A stretch of DNA of 32,000 nt, from NCBI GenBank assembly GCA_000967895.1, contig FO203512.1, forward strand, positions 537,582 to 569,581, read 5' to 3'. Under the pieces are notes generated by a model that had not been told where the DNA came from, did no database searches, and saw only the letters and a list, made by a program, of their open reading frames with translations. This DNA comes from Oleispira antarctica RB-8. Lineage in GTDB: Bacteria > Pseudomonadota > Gammaproteobacteria > Pseudomonadales > Oceanobacteraceae. A program made the position numbers and the translations under genes. This document shows positions 23,759 through 32,000 of this stretch, in pieces. Each line of letters begins with the position of its first letter. The first letter of the stretch is position 1.

Positions 23759-24487
23759 ATGATGCATCTAGATTTATTATCTGAATTTATTTTAGCCTGC
23801 TTTATTATGGGTTGTGGTATTGGCGCTGATGTAGCGATTGCTACGTTTGTTAGAGCGCATCAATTAGCTAAGCAAAAACAAACGAGGTACTGGGTTGTCG
23901 GGGTGACGGTTACTCATACCGTATTTCCAATGGTTGGCTATTTATTAGCGTATTTTAGTATTCAGTCTATTCCTCTATTAACCCCAATTGTTGGGGTGCT
24001 CGCTTTTTCATTCATTGCTTATTTTCTCTGGCAAGAACTGAATGGTTATTTAAATTCTGATGAAGGCGATCATGACGATCGACAATCGTTGGTCACATTC
24101 GCGTTGATTTTAGCCGTCAGTTGGGATGCTTTGTGGTCAGGCCCTGCTAAATCTGCACAGGTAATGAATTGGCCGCATGAGCTAGTGTGGGTTTCATTTA
24201 TTGTGGTGGGCTTCTTTGTTGCACTGTGTGCCTATGCTGGCTTACGGCTGGCTAAAAGGTTTAAGCAAACGAGTACTGAGTTCTCTGTCTTTATTATCGT
24301 AGGATTATGGATTCAATATTCAGTCATAGCGTATTTTGGCTTGCTGGCCCTTTTACGCTATACACTGTCATTAATGATTGATAGTTGGCAAGTATTCTCG
24401 ATTTCATCTGCAGTAGTTGCGATCGTAATGATGCTGCTCTTTATTCGAAATCAAAAAAACTTACCTGCACAGAAAACAGTTACTTAA
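23759..24487 (+). CDS. Polytopic membrane protein, MntP/DUF204-like (putative metal exporter family)
   Basis: Six hydrophobic helices with a two-fold internal repeat. By eye it corresponds to E. coli MntP: GADVAIATF vs SMDAFAASI, an acidic central loop (NSDEGDHDDRQS vs GADDEDEEPRR), and SWDALWSG vs SLDAMAVG. Confidence 0.5.
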   Translation: MMHLDLLSEFILACFIMGCGIGADVAIATFVRAHQLAKQKQTRYWVVGVTVTHTVFPMVGYLLAYFSIQSIPLLTPIVGVLAFSFIAYFLWQELNGYLNSDEGDHDDRQSLVTFALILAVSWDALWSGPAKSAQVMNWPHELVWVSFIVVGFFVALCAYAGLRLAKRFKQTSTEFSVFIIVGLWIQYSVIAYFGLLALLRYTLSLMIDSWQVFSISSAVVAIVMMLLFIRNQKNLPAQKTVT

Positions 24488-25838
24488 CTATTTCATAACA
24501 AGGGATGTAATCGCCATTAATTTTCATGCGCCCTTGAGCCGCCATTTGGGTTAATAACGCATCCATTGCATGCATGATATTCGCGTCGCCATTGATCTGA
24601 AATACGCCATGCTTTTTCACAGCCATAACACCATCTTCTTTTACATTACCTGCAACAATTCCAGAGAATGCACGTCTTAAATTGGCTGCTAGTTCGTGTA
24701 TGGGCATCGATTTTGATATTTCTAAAGCGGCCATATTTTCATGCGTTGGTTCAAAAGTCTGCTGAAAACTTTTTGCAATCGTAATGCCCCAGTTGAAAAA
24801 GAAAGCATCGTTAGTCGATTTACGATACTCCAAAACGTCGACTAAACCTGATTTCATTTTCTTGGCAACTCTTACTGGATCATCAATCACAATGTCGTAT
24901 CGTTGCTGTGCTTTTTTACCCAAGGTTAAGCCAATAAAATCATTTACCTGATCAAAGTATTCTGCACTCTCGGCAGGGCCTGTGAGTATCACGGGAAAGG
25001 GCATGTCTACATTGCTTGGGTGTAATAAAATACCTAATAGATAAAGTATTTCTTCTAACGTACCTGGGCCGCCAGGGAATACGATAATGCCATGAGATAA
25101 ACGGATGAAGCTTTCAAGGCGTTTTTCAATGTCGGGCAAAATAACCAATTCATTAACGATAGGATTGGGTGCTTCCGCGGCTATAATTCCTGGCTCTGTA
25201 ATACCAATGTAGCGGCCCGTTTTTATATGTTGTTTGGCATGACCAATGGTTGCACCTTTCATTGGGCCTTTCATCGCGCCTGGGCCGCAACCTGTACCCA
25301 CATCTAAGCCCCGTAAACCTAATTCATAGCCAACTTTTTTACTGTAGTTATACTCTTCACGTGGAATAGAGTGGCCACCCCAACAAACAACCAGTCGAGG
25401 TGAATAATCAGGTTGTAAAATATTAGCATTACGTAAAATATGAAAAGTGGCGTTGGTAATATCTTCGCTATTGTTCAAATCAAAGCGCTGACTTTGAATC
25501 ACTGAATCTTCGGTATATAGAATATCTCGTAGTACCGAAAACAAATGCTCTCTAATACCTTTAATGATGACACCATCTACAAAGGCATGAGAGGGTGCGC
25601 CTTTCACGTCGAGAGTAATGCCTCGGTCTTCTTGACTGACTCTAATATCAAAATCATGAAATTGCTTTATGGAGGATAAATAATCGTCAGAATTGCTTCC
25701 GCAATTTAATACCGCAAAAGCACAGCGACGGAAAAGCTCGTAGGTTTTACTGTTGATATCGCATATTTGTGAGACTTCATGTTTCGATAAAACCCGTAAG
25801 TTTTTCTTCGGGTGTATGTGTGCGTTAATTGTGTGCAT
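24480..25838 (-). CDS. ppnN: Pyrimidine/purine nucleotide 5'-monophosphate nucleosidase (LOG-family, PpnN/YgdH)
   Basis: Collinear with remembered E. coli PpnN over the full length, e.g. VVCWGGHSI..EY.Y...VG..LGLR.L...TGCGPGAM..PMKGA..GHA, PDIEKRLE.F.R..HGII.FPGG.GT.EE.LYLLGIL, and RRAFSGIVAGNVKE...IPCYEI. Start set at ATG 25838, with AAGGA upstream. Confidence 0.93.
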   Translation of the reverse strand: MHTINAHIHPKKNLRVLSKHEVSQICDINSKTYELFRRCAFAVLNCGSNSDDYLSSIKQFHDFDIRVSQEDRGITLDVKGAPSHAFVDGVIIKGIREHLFSVLRDILYTEDSVIQSQRFDLNNSEDITNATFHILRNANILQPDYSPRLVVCWGGHSIPREEYNYSKKVGYELGLRGLDVGTGCGPGAMKGPMKGATIGHAKQHIKTGRYIGITEPGIIAAEAPNPIVNELVILPDIEKRLESFIRLSHGIIVFPGGPGTLEEILYLLGILLHPSNVDMPFPVILTGPAESAEYFDQVNDFIGLTLGKKAQQRYDIVIDDPVRVAKKMKSGLVDVLEYRKSTNDAFFFNWGITIAKSFQQTFEPTHENMAALEISKSMPIHELAANLRRAFSGIVAGNVKEDGVMAVKKHGVFQINGDANIMHAMDALLTQMAAQGRMKINGDYIPCYEIVK

Positions 25839-25884
25839 ATAAAATCCTTCTGTGTGCATTGTCTGTCAGTCATCATTAATTGAG

Positions 25885-26559
25885 TTAAGCCCATAGCTCT
25901 AAAGGCCCGTAATGGCTGACTATTTTTATGATATCAGTACGAGTAACAATGCCTAATAGTTCATGTTGATCTGAAATAATCGGTAATGCGCCAAGGTCAT
26001 ACTCATACAGCGTACGAGTCGCTTGATGAATATCGGTATCGGGAGAAAAACAAAATACACGTTGTGTTGCAAACAGCATGATGTTTTTCAGGTTAATATT
26101 TTCTTGTATGCCTGGGCCTTGTAAAATATCGCGTTCGGACAGCATCGCTAAAACAGTATTGTCTTCAGCGGTAATAGGAATATGTTGGAAGCGATGGCGC
26201 TGAAAAAGCTGCCAAGCATCGGCAACGGTTGCTTTGGGGCTTAGGCTCACGACATTTTTTGACATGATATCGGCGAGTAGAAAAACTTGGCTGGGTTCTT
26301 TTTCGGCTTGGCGCTGTTTTTGAATGCTGTACGGATCTGCACGTTTAGCAATGGCCTGTTCAGAAGACTGTTGCGTACTGTCTTGTGTTGGCTGCTTTGC
26401 ATTATGGTTTTGTTGAGGTTGTTGATTATTACCCGAGAAGTGATGGTATTGGTCAATACCTGAACTACTTTTAGTCGCTTGAACTTTGATTGAATCTCGA
26501 GTATCTGCTTTTTGCGGTGTAACCACACGCCTGCCCATCTCTACAACGATCAGTGCCAA
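25885..26559 (-). CDS. CBS-pair domain protein with Q-rich disordered N-terminus
   Basis: Two CBS motifs (IMSKNVVSLSPKATVADAWQLFQRHRFQHIPIT... and ...LGALPIISDQHELLGIVTRTDIIKIV). Start is TTG 26559 or ATG 26538. It lies 46 nt upstream of ppnN on the same strand. Confidence 0.8.
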   Translation of the reverse strand: MALIVVEMGRRVVTPQKADTRDSIKVQATKSSSGIDQYHHFSGNNQQPQQNHNAKQPTQDSTQQSSEQAIAKRADPYSIQKQRQAEKEPSQVFLLADIMSKNVVSLSPKATVADAWQLFQRHRFQHIPITAEDNTVLAMLSERDILQGPGIQENINLKNIMLFATQRVFCFSPDTDIHQATRTLYEYDLGALPIISDQHELLGIVTRTDIIKIVSHYGPLELWA

Positions 26560-26722
26560 CTTGATTTCCTATTCTTAATATATACAAATCACTACTTTCT
26601 TCATAAGACCACTATCTATATTCTAGTGCAAGTTTAATGGTCTAATGTGAGTTATGGTGCGAGTGGTTGTGCGAGCGCTATCACCTAGTAAAATACAGTA
26701 TATAGAGTGTATCGAGTAAACA

Positions 26723-27589
26723 ATGGAACAAGTGTATAGATTAACCATATCTTGCCCTGATCGGGTAGGGATTGTGGCAAAAGTCGGAGAGTTTGTCTCC
26801 TCTCATGGTGGTTGGATTATTGAGGCGAATCACTACGCCGATACTTCCGTTGAGCTAGGGGGCAGTGGTTGGTTTTTTATGCGTCATTGCATCAAAGCTA
26901 ATTCCTTGCCGTTTGGCCTAGCAGAATTCAGAGAAAAATTTGCCGCCATCGCTGAAGAGTTCGGAATGGATTGGCAAATTAATGACAGTGCGCAAGCAAA
27001 GAAAATTATTCTAATGGCGAGTAAAGAAAGCCATTGCTTAAGTGACTTATTACACCGCGTACATAGCAAAGAATTATTCTGCGAAATTCCCTGTGTTATT
27101 TCTAACCATGACGATTTACGTTCGATGGTCGAATGGCACGGTATTCCATTTTTCCATGTGCCTGTGGATAAAAATAATAAGCAAGAACACTTCGATCGGG
27201 TGAATAGCATTATTGCTGAGCACAAAGCCGATAGCATTGTACTTGCTCGCTATATGCAGATTTTGCCTGCAGAAATTTGTCAGCAGTACGCTGGGCAGGT
27301 AATTAATATTCACCATAGCTTCTTACCGTCTTTTGCGGGTGCTAAGCCTTATCATCAAGCAGCAGAACGCGGCGTGAAGTTAATTGGTGCTACTTGCCAC
27401 TATGTAACAGAAGAATTAGATGCTGGGCCTATTATTGACCAAGACGTCATGCGTATTAGTCATCGTGATAGCATTGAAGATACAGTACGTTTAGGAAAAG
27501 ATGTTGAGAAACAGGTCTTGGCACGTGGCGTAAGAAGTCATGTTGAAGATCGTGTTTTATTACACGGTAATAAAACCATCGTATTCTAA
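26723..27589 (+). CDS. purU: Formyltetrahydrofolate deformylase
   Basis: N-terminal ACT domain (LTISCPDRVGIVAKVGEFV) plus a formyltransferase core (ILARYMQILP...INIHHSFLPSF.GAKPYHQA..RGVKLIGATCHYVT..LD.GPII.Q). Length is 288 aa. Confidence 0.95.
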   Translation: MEQVYRLTISCPDRVGIVAKVGEFVSSHGGWIIEANHYADTSVELGGSGWFFMRHCIKANSLPFGLAEFREKFAAIAEEFGMDWQINDSAQAKKIILMASKESHCLSDLLHRVHSKELFCEIPCVISNHDDLRSMVEWHGIPFFHVPVDKNNKQEHFDRVNSIIAEHKADSIVLARYMQILPAEICQQYAGQVINIHHSFLPSFAGAKPYHQAAERGVKLIGATCHYVTEELDAGPIIDQDVMRISHRDSIEDTVRLGKDVEKQVLARGVRSHVEDRVLLHGNKTIVF

Positions 27590-27597
27590 AGAAAAGA

Positions 27598-27653
27598 CAA
27601 CGCTGAGATGCAGCGTTGAATAATAAAAAGGGCGCTAATAAGCGCCCTTTTTT
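27598..27653. terminator. Two hairpins forming a bidirectional terminator between purU (+) and fbp (-)
   Basis: Hairpin 1: CAACGCTG (27598-605) / CAGCGTTG (27611-18). Hairpin 2: A5, GGGCGCT (27630-36), AATA, AGCGCCC (27641-47), T6. Confidence 0.8.
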
Positions 27654-27681
27654 ATTTACCATCGATGTTAAGCGAGAGGTC

Positions 27682-28653
27682 TTACTTTTTATGGTAAGAC
27701 AAAGCGACATCAACTTCATCAATAGATCCCATCACCACAGAAACACGCTGATGAATATCGGTAGGTGTTACTTCCATAATAGGGGCATGAGCGGTACTGG
27801 CTTTACCACCGGCTTGCTCGATCAGCATGCTCATAGGATTTCCTTCGTACATTAAACGCAGCTTACCTGGCTTAGAAGGATCGCGGTTATCGTATGGGTA
27901 CATAAAAATACCGCCACGAGTAAGAATACGGTGAACTTCAGCAACCATGGCTGCAACCCAGCGCATGTTATAACGCTTACCTAATGGGCCTTCTTCACCT
28001 TGTAGCAAATCGGCTACGTAGTTTTGCATCTCAGGCAGCCAAAAACGCTGGTTAGACATGTTGATTGCGAATTCTTGAGTTTGTGCTGGGATTTGAACAT
28101 TTTCACGCATCAACAAAAACTCACCTGTTGCAGGATCCATTGCGAAAGAATGAACACCCTGGCCAGTGGTTAGCATCAAGATAGTGGATGGGCCATACAA
28201 AACATAACCGGCAGACACTTGTTCGGTACCGGCTTGCAAATAAGCTTCAGGTTTCGAGGCATCAACGTCTTTTGTTGTTTTTAAAATCGAAAAAATAGTA
28301 CCAACGGTTACGTTCACATCGATATTAGAAGAGCCATCTAGCGGATCAAACAAGACTAAGTATTCGCCGTTCTCATTACAGGCAACAGGAAAGTCTTCTT
28401 CTTCACTTGCCATGCCTTTGACCATGCTCATGCTGGCAAGCTGGTCTTTAATGATGTCGTTAGAGATGACATCTAATTTCTTTTGAGTCTCACCTTGAAT
28501 ATTCTCTTCGCCTGCACAACCTAAGATACCTGCTAATGCACCCTGTTGCAGTTTGTTAGAAATATCTACACAAGAAGTCATAAGACCATTAAGGATGGCA
28601 GCAATATCGCTAGGAGTATTGTGCGCTTGCAGGAAAGAAGGCAAAGATTGCAT
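27682..28653 (-). CDS. fbp: Fructose-1,6-bisphosphatase class 1
   Basis: ...[14 protein letters not shown]...ASEEE......[25 protein letters not shown]...GGIFMYP......[11 protein letters not shown]. Length is 323 aa. Confidence 0.97.
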   Translation of the reverse strand: MQSLPSFLQAHNTPSDIAAILNGLMTSCVDISNKLQQGALAGILGCAGEENIQGETQKKLDVISNDIIKDQLASMSMVKGMASEEEDFPVACNENGEYLVLFDPLDGSSNIDVNVTVGTIFSILKTTKDVDASKPEAYLQAGTEQVSAGYVLYGPSTILMLTTGQGVHSFAMDPATGEFLLMRENVQIPAQTQEFAINMSNQRFWLPEMQNYVADLLQGEEGPLGKRYNMRWVAAMVAEVHRILTRGGIFMYPYDNRDPSKPGKLRLMYEGNPMSMLIEQAGGKASTAHAPIMEVTPTDIHQRVSVVMGSIDEVDVALSYHKK

Positions 28654-28903
28654 ATCTGGTTCTCGGCAGTGATGAGACGAATGAGTAGGTGAATATAAAA
28701 CTGCTGCATCTTACCTGAAGTTGGCTTCAGTTTGAATGCCTAACGATTGAACAGTCGTCTAAGACAACAAAGAGTCTTAACGAATAATACTAAAATATTA
28801 GTAATGCGTCTTAGCCCCGTATGGACTGACCTATTGGTCTCTCACTAGCGACGAAAGGCAAGAGCAAGTACACTAGCGCAATACGATTATTGTGGTAGTT
28901 GGT

Positions 28904-30316
28904 ATGCATCTTCATATTTTGGGTATTTGTGGCACCTTCATGGGCAGTCTTGCCCAATTAGCAAAAGCTCAAGGGCATAAAGTAACGGGTTCAGATCAGG
29001 GGATTTACCCCCCAATGAGCGATCAACTTGCGCAAGCGGGCATTGACGTTATTGCAGGCTTTGATCCTGAGCAATTAGATCCCGCACCAGATTATGTGAT
29101 CGTTGGTAATGCCATGAGTCGCGGTAATCCAGCGGTTGAATATGTTTTAGATCGTGGTTTACCTTACATCTCTGGCCCTGACTGGATGGGTAAGTACTTA
29201 CTCGCCGATAAATGGGTGATGGCGGTTGCCGGTACTCATGGTAAAACCACGACTTCCAGCATGTTGGCTTGGATCTTAGAATTCGGCGGCATGAATCCGG
29301 GTTATCTGATAGGGGGCGTCCCTGAAAACTTCTCTACTTCTGCACGACTCACCGATTCTAATTTCTTTATAATAGAAGCAGACGAATACGATACGGCTTT
29401 TTTTGATAAGCGTTCTAAGTTTGTTCATTACCACCCAAGAACCTTGGTCATGAACAATCTTGAGTTTGATCATGCCGATATTTTTGATGATCTTGCTGCA
29501 ATCGAACGTCAATTTCATCACCTCGTGCGAACGGTGCCGTCTACGGGGCAAGTGATCTATCCCGTCGACAATGCCGCTTTGCAAAGAGTCATTGCGCAAG
29601 GGTGCTGGAGTGAGCAAGCACTTCTTAACCATTCTGGCGGATGGATGGTTGAAGCAATGTTAGCCGATTGCAGCCAGTTCAATGTTCTATATCGTGGCGA
29701 AAATGTGGCCAGTGTGATCTGGAAATTAAGCGGTGAACATAACATGGCGAATGCTTTAGCCGCTATTGTAGCGGCTCGCCATGTAGGAATAGAGCCTCAT
29801 ATCGCCGCCGAAGCCTTGGCAGAATTTCAATCTGTTAAGCGTCGCATGGAGCTGGTAGGAGAAGTCGGTGTAAAGGGGGGGGGCGATAGCATCCGCATTT
29901 ACGATGACTTTGCTCATCACCCAACAGCGATCAAGCTGACTCTCTCAGGCGCGAAAGCCGCTCAACAAGTGCAAAAAAGACGTGGGCGTTTAATCGCCGT
30001 ATTAGAACCCCGTTCGAATACAATGAAACTAGGCGAGCATAAAGCTAAGTTAGCTGCCAGTGTTGAAGATGCTGATGCGAGCTATTGGTTGGAGCCGGAA
30101 GGTTTGTCTTGGTCATTAACCGATGCTGTATCGGGTATGAAAAATCAGCAGGTATTTGATACCGTCGAAGCATTAGAGCAGCAATTGCTGGCCGATATTA
30201 AAAGCGGCGATGATGTTGTGATGATGTCGAATGGCAGTTTCTCAGGAATACATCGTTCGTTATTGGCGAAGTTGCTTGATCGAGTCGCAGTAGAAAAAAA
30301 AGGTGAATTATTATGA
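28904..30316 (+). CDS. mpl: UDP-N-acetylmuramate:L-alanyl-gamma-D-glutamyl-meso-diaminopimelate ligase
   Basis: MHLHILGICGTFMGSLAQLAKAQGHKVTGSD...VAGTHGKTTTSSMLAWIL. Divergent from fbp, as in E. coli. I prefer start ATG 28904 over GTG 28892. Confidence 0.95.
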   Translation: MHLHILGICGTFMGSLAQLAKAQGHKVTGSDQGIYPPMSDQLAQAGIDVIAGFDPEQLDPAPDYVIVGNAMSRGNPAVEYVLDRGLPYISGPDWMGKYLLADKWVMAVAGTHGKTTTSSMLAWILEFGGMNPGYLIGGVPENFSTSARLTDSNFFIIEADEYDTAFFDKRSKFVHYHPRTLVMNNLEFDHADIFDDLAAIERQFHHLVRTVPSTGQVIYPVDNAALQRVIAQGCWSEQALLNHSGGWMVEAMLADCSQFNVLYRGENVASVIWKLSGEHNMANALAAIVAARHVGIEPHIAAEALAEFQSVKRRMELVGEVGVKGGGDSIRIYDDFAHHPTAIKLTLSGAKAAQQVQKRRGRLIAVLEPRSNTMKLGEHKAKLAASVEDADASYWLEPEGLSWSLTDAVSGMKNQQVFDTVEALEQQLLADIKSGDDVVMMSNGSFSGIHRSLLAKLLDRVAVEKKGELL

Positions 30317-30942
30317 GCCGCTCAGATACTCATGTGAATGCAGCGTCTAATGTTTGTATTGCCATCACGGGCGCATCTGGTTCGCCTTATGCGATGCGCT
30401 TAATCGAAGTCTTACTAAAAAGCGGTTGCACTGTATCGGTTATTATTTCTAAAGCCGCACAGCTAGTAATGGCAACAGAAACAGAATTTAAAATTCCGGG
30501 TCAAGTACGAGGCCAAGCTGAATACTTGCGTGAATATTTTGGTGCAAACGAAGAACAATTAAAGGTATACGGTCGAGAAGATTGGATGTCGCCTTGGGCA
30601 TCAGGCTCAGGCCGCAATGGCGCGTTGGTTATTTGTCCTTGCAGTACGGGCACATTATCGGCGGTTGCAACCGGTGCGAGTAATAATCTAATTGAACGCG
30701 CAGCGGATGTTGCATTAAAAGAACGTCGACAGCTTATTTTAGTGCCTCGAGAAACTCCATTTTCTACTTTGCACTTACAAAACATGTTAACCCTAAGCCA
30801 AATGGGGGCTGTTATTTTACCCGCCAGCCCAGGTTTTTATCGTCAGCCAGAGAGCATTGCGGATTTAGTCGATTTTCTCGTGGCGCGTATTCTTAATCAA
30901 TTAAACATTGAGCATGATTTGTTACCACGCTGGGGCGAATAG
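30313..30942 (+). CDS. ubiX: Flavin prenyltransferase UbiX
   Basis: IAITGASGSPYAMRLIEVLL...VICPCSTGTLSAVATGASNNLIERAADVALKERR.LILVPRETP. ATGA overlap with the mpl stop. Confidence 0.95.
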   Translation: MSRSDTHVNAASNVCIAITGASGSPYAMRLIEVLLKSGCTVSVIISKAAQLVMATETEFKIPGQVRGQAEYLREYFGANEEQLKVYGREDWMSPWASGSGRNGALVICPCSTGTLSAVATGASNNLIERAADVALKERRQLILVPRETPFSTLHLQNMLTLSQMGAVILPASPGFYRQPESIADLVDFLVARILNQLNIEHDLLPRWGE

Positions 30943-30998
30943 CGAGCGATGGGTCAATACGAATCACCTTCTTAAATTAATAATTCTGGAAAATTAGT

Positions 30999-31334
30999 AT
31001 GAGCAAAGTAGAAAAGCGCGTATCAAAAGATGGCGATAAAGTAACTCACATGATAATGGGGCTTGTAGCCGGTATCATAATATCGGTTGTATCGTTGGAA
31101 TATTATGGTTACTTACGTCATTCAAAAGAATCAGATTCAGCCATGATTGAAGATTTCAAATTGTTAACACTAAAACCTGGCTACGATGTAAAAACATCGT
31201 CTAAACCTTCAGGAAAAACCGCTTTTTGCTCGGGTGGCAGCTTATTAATGAGAGCGGATAAAAATCCTGGTGTATCAGGCATATTGGTGGATAAAAAAGG
31301 CAGAATAATTCACTGTGATAATAAACAAATGTAA
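30999..31334 (+). CDS. Small membrane-anchored hypothetical protein
   Basis: 111-aa ORF with one TM helix (MIMGLVAGIIISVVSL). No family recognised. Confidence 0.5.
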   Translation: MSKVEKRVSKDGDKVTHMIMGLVAGIIISVVSLEYYGYLRHSKESDSAMIEDFKLLTLKPGYDVKTSSKPSGKTAFCSGGSLLMRADKNPGVSGILVDKKGRIIHCDNKQM

Positions 31335-31434
31335 GGACTTTGCTTCAGACCCATGATCAAAATATAACAATTAGAAAGATCTGACCGTTACAGATTCAAA
31401 TTTAAAAAAGATACGATATATAAAGATAATAATT

Positions 31435-32000
31435 ATGAAATCACCACATTTAATCTTGTTGGGCAGTGCATTTTTGTTAGCACTGAACAGCCCACTTACG
31501 GTCGCTAGCATTGACGATATAGATAATGACGGCATCGCTGATAGCGTTGATACCGATCGCGATGGTGATGGACTTTCTAATTTTATGGAAACGGCCAGCG
31601 GTACTGATCCCGATGTGGCTGATCAATATGATATTGATAATGATGGTATTCCCGATGCCATTGATTCTGATCAGGATGGCGATGGCGTTCTTGATAAGAA
31701 TGATGACTTTCCGCGTGATGCCAATGCGATAAGAGATACCGATGGTGATGGCGTACCGGATCAACGCGATCAAGATATTGACGGCGATAATATTAGTAAT
31801 AACTACGAGCAGCAGCTCGGGTTTTCTATGAGTGACGCCAATGAAACACCTAATGATTATGATAATGACGGTTGGCCTGATGTACTCGATCCTGACATGG
31901 ATAATGATGGGTATGAAAACCAAAAAGATGCTTTCCCATTACTAGCATCTGAATGGAGCGATCTTGATGGCGATGGAGAAGGCGATAATACCGATACCGA
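31435..32000 (+). CDS. Secreted thrombospondin type-3 repeat (Asp-rich Ca-binding) protein, 5' part only (runs off window)
   Basis: ATG 31435, signal peptide MKSPHLILLGSAFLLALNSPLTVAS, then repeated DxDxDGxxDxxD units (DNDGIADSVDTDRDGDG, DNDGIPDAIDSDQDGDG, DTDGDGVPDQRDQDIDGD...). It is absent from the ORF track because there is no stop in the window. The track ORFs 31477..31923(-) and 31526..31732(+) are shadows of this repeat. Confidence 0.75.
   Translation, partial: MKSPHLILLGSAFLLALNSPLTVASIDDIDNDGIADSVDTDRDGDGLSNFMETASGTDPDVADQYDIDNDGIPDAIDSDQDGDGVLDKNDDFPRDANAIRDTDGDGVPDQRDQDIDGDNISNNYEQQLGFSMSDANETPNDYDNDGWPDVLDPDMDNDGYENQKDAFPLLASEWSDLDGDGEGDNTDT

Noticed and set aside
26560-26722. 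Possible riboswitch (ZTP/pfl-type) or PurR box upstream of purU
   Set aside because: I could not find the conserved ZTP core (GGGUCGUGAC...CCGCCUGGGC) or a good ACGCAAACGTTTGCGT-like PurR box. Only short repeats are present (GTGCGAG x2, and AGACCA...TGGTCT).
28715-28730. CTGAAG-TTGG-CTTCAG as a Cra (FruR) operator for fbp
   Set aside because: The remembered Cra consensus is TGAA-N4-TTCA (GCTGAAAC/GTTTCAGC). Here the half-sites are TGAA-N6-TTCA, two bp too far apart. I kept it only as an unexplained inverted repeat.
156-30785. Remaining short ORFs nested in or antisense to longer genes: 156..392, 3570..3809, 5195..5422, 6209..6457, 7828..8055, 10844..11089, 11835..12020, 13002..13274, 13815..14003, 14646..14840, 15783..15965, 15993..16199, 16977..17189, 17631..17981, 20436..20633, 21405..21605, 25706..25894, 26247..26528, 26884..27237, 27116..27316, 27456..27722, 27616..27855, 29276..29632, 29557..29745, 30501..30785
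   Set aside because: Each lies inside or against a longer ORF with clear homology or coherent architecture. They lack RBS and motif support and have atypical composition.
31477-31923. 148-aa minus-strand ORF and the 68-aa plus-strand ORF 31526..31732
   Set aside because: Their Ile-rich and Met/Ile/Leu-rich low-complexity translations are frame shadows of the GAT/GAC-rich TSP3 repeats. The real frame has a signal peptide and calcium-binding repeat logic.
1-32000. Mobile elements, prophage, CRISPR arrays, tRNA or rRNA genes, and toxin-antitoxin or restriction-modification genes
   Set aside because: I saw no transposase, integrase or recombinase-like ORFs, no regularly spaced direct repeats, and no cloverleaf-like or rRNA-like segments in the short intergenic regions. 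The window looks like core chromosome with a few accessory envelope genes.

Overview
Moderately AT-rich gammaproteobacterial chromosome segment. By eye, SodB, PpnN, Fbp, Mpl and PomA-like sequences resemble Vibrio, Alteromonas or Oceanospirillales-type proteins. I saw no rRNA, tRNA, CRISPR, IS element, integrase or phage gene. Recognisable housekeeping genes are maf/yceF, sodB, class I fumarase, phhB, ppnN, a CBS-domain gene, purU, fbp, mpl and ubiX, plus an isolated gspN-gspC-gspD type II secretion sub-cluster. The stand-out is a tightly packed five-gene operon at 14.6-19.9 kb. It encodes a signal-peptide protein with a TolB-N/CsgG-like domain and a C-terminal beta-barrel, a TPR lipoprotein, and a 641-aa bitopic protein. 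The periplasmic half of that protein looks like FliF ring-building motifs and its cytoplasmic half looks like a complete FliG. A PomA/MotA-type and a MotB/OmpA-type stator pair follow. No other flagellar, chemotaxis or export gene occurs in the 32 kb. I interpret this as a candidate non-flagellar, ion-driven rotor-stator envelope machine of unknown function. Secondary items: a PhoX/DUF839-like lipoprotein with a collagen-like linker and a Pho-box-like upstream element, followed by a dihaem (2x CxxCH) lipoprotein and an MntP-like membrane protein; a block of uncharacterised envelope proteins at 8.4-12.0 kb that includes a tandem paralogue pair; a 22-bp motif shared by two promoters; and a thrombospondin-type-3 (Asp-rich, Ca-binding) repeat protein running off the 3' edge. 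All homology statements are by-eye comparisons with remembered sequences, not computed searches.
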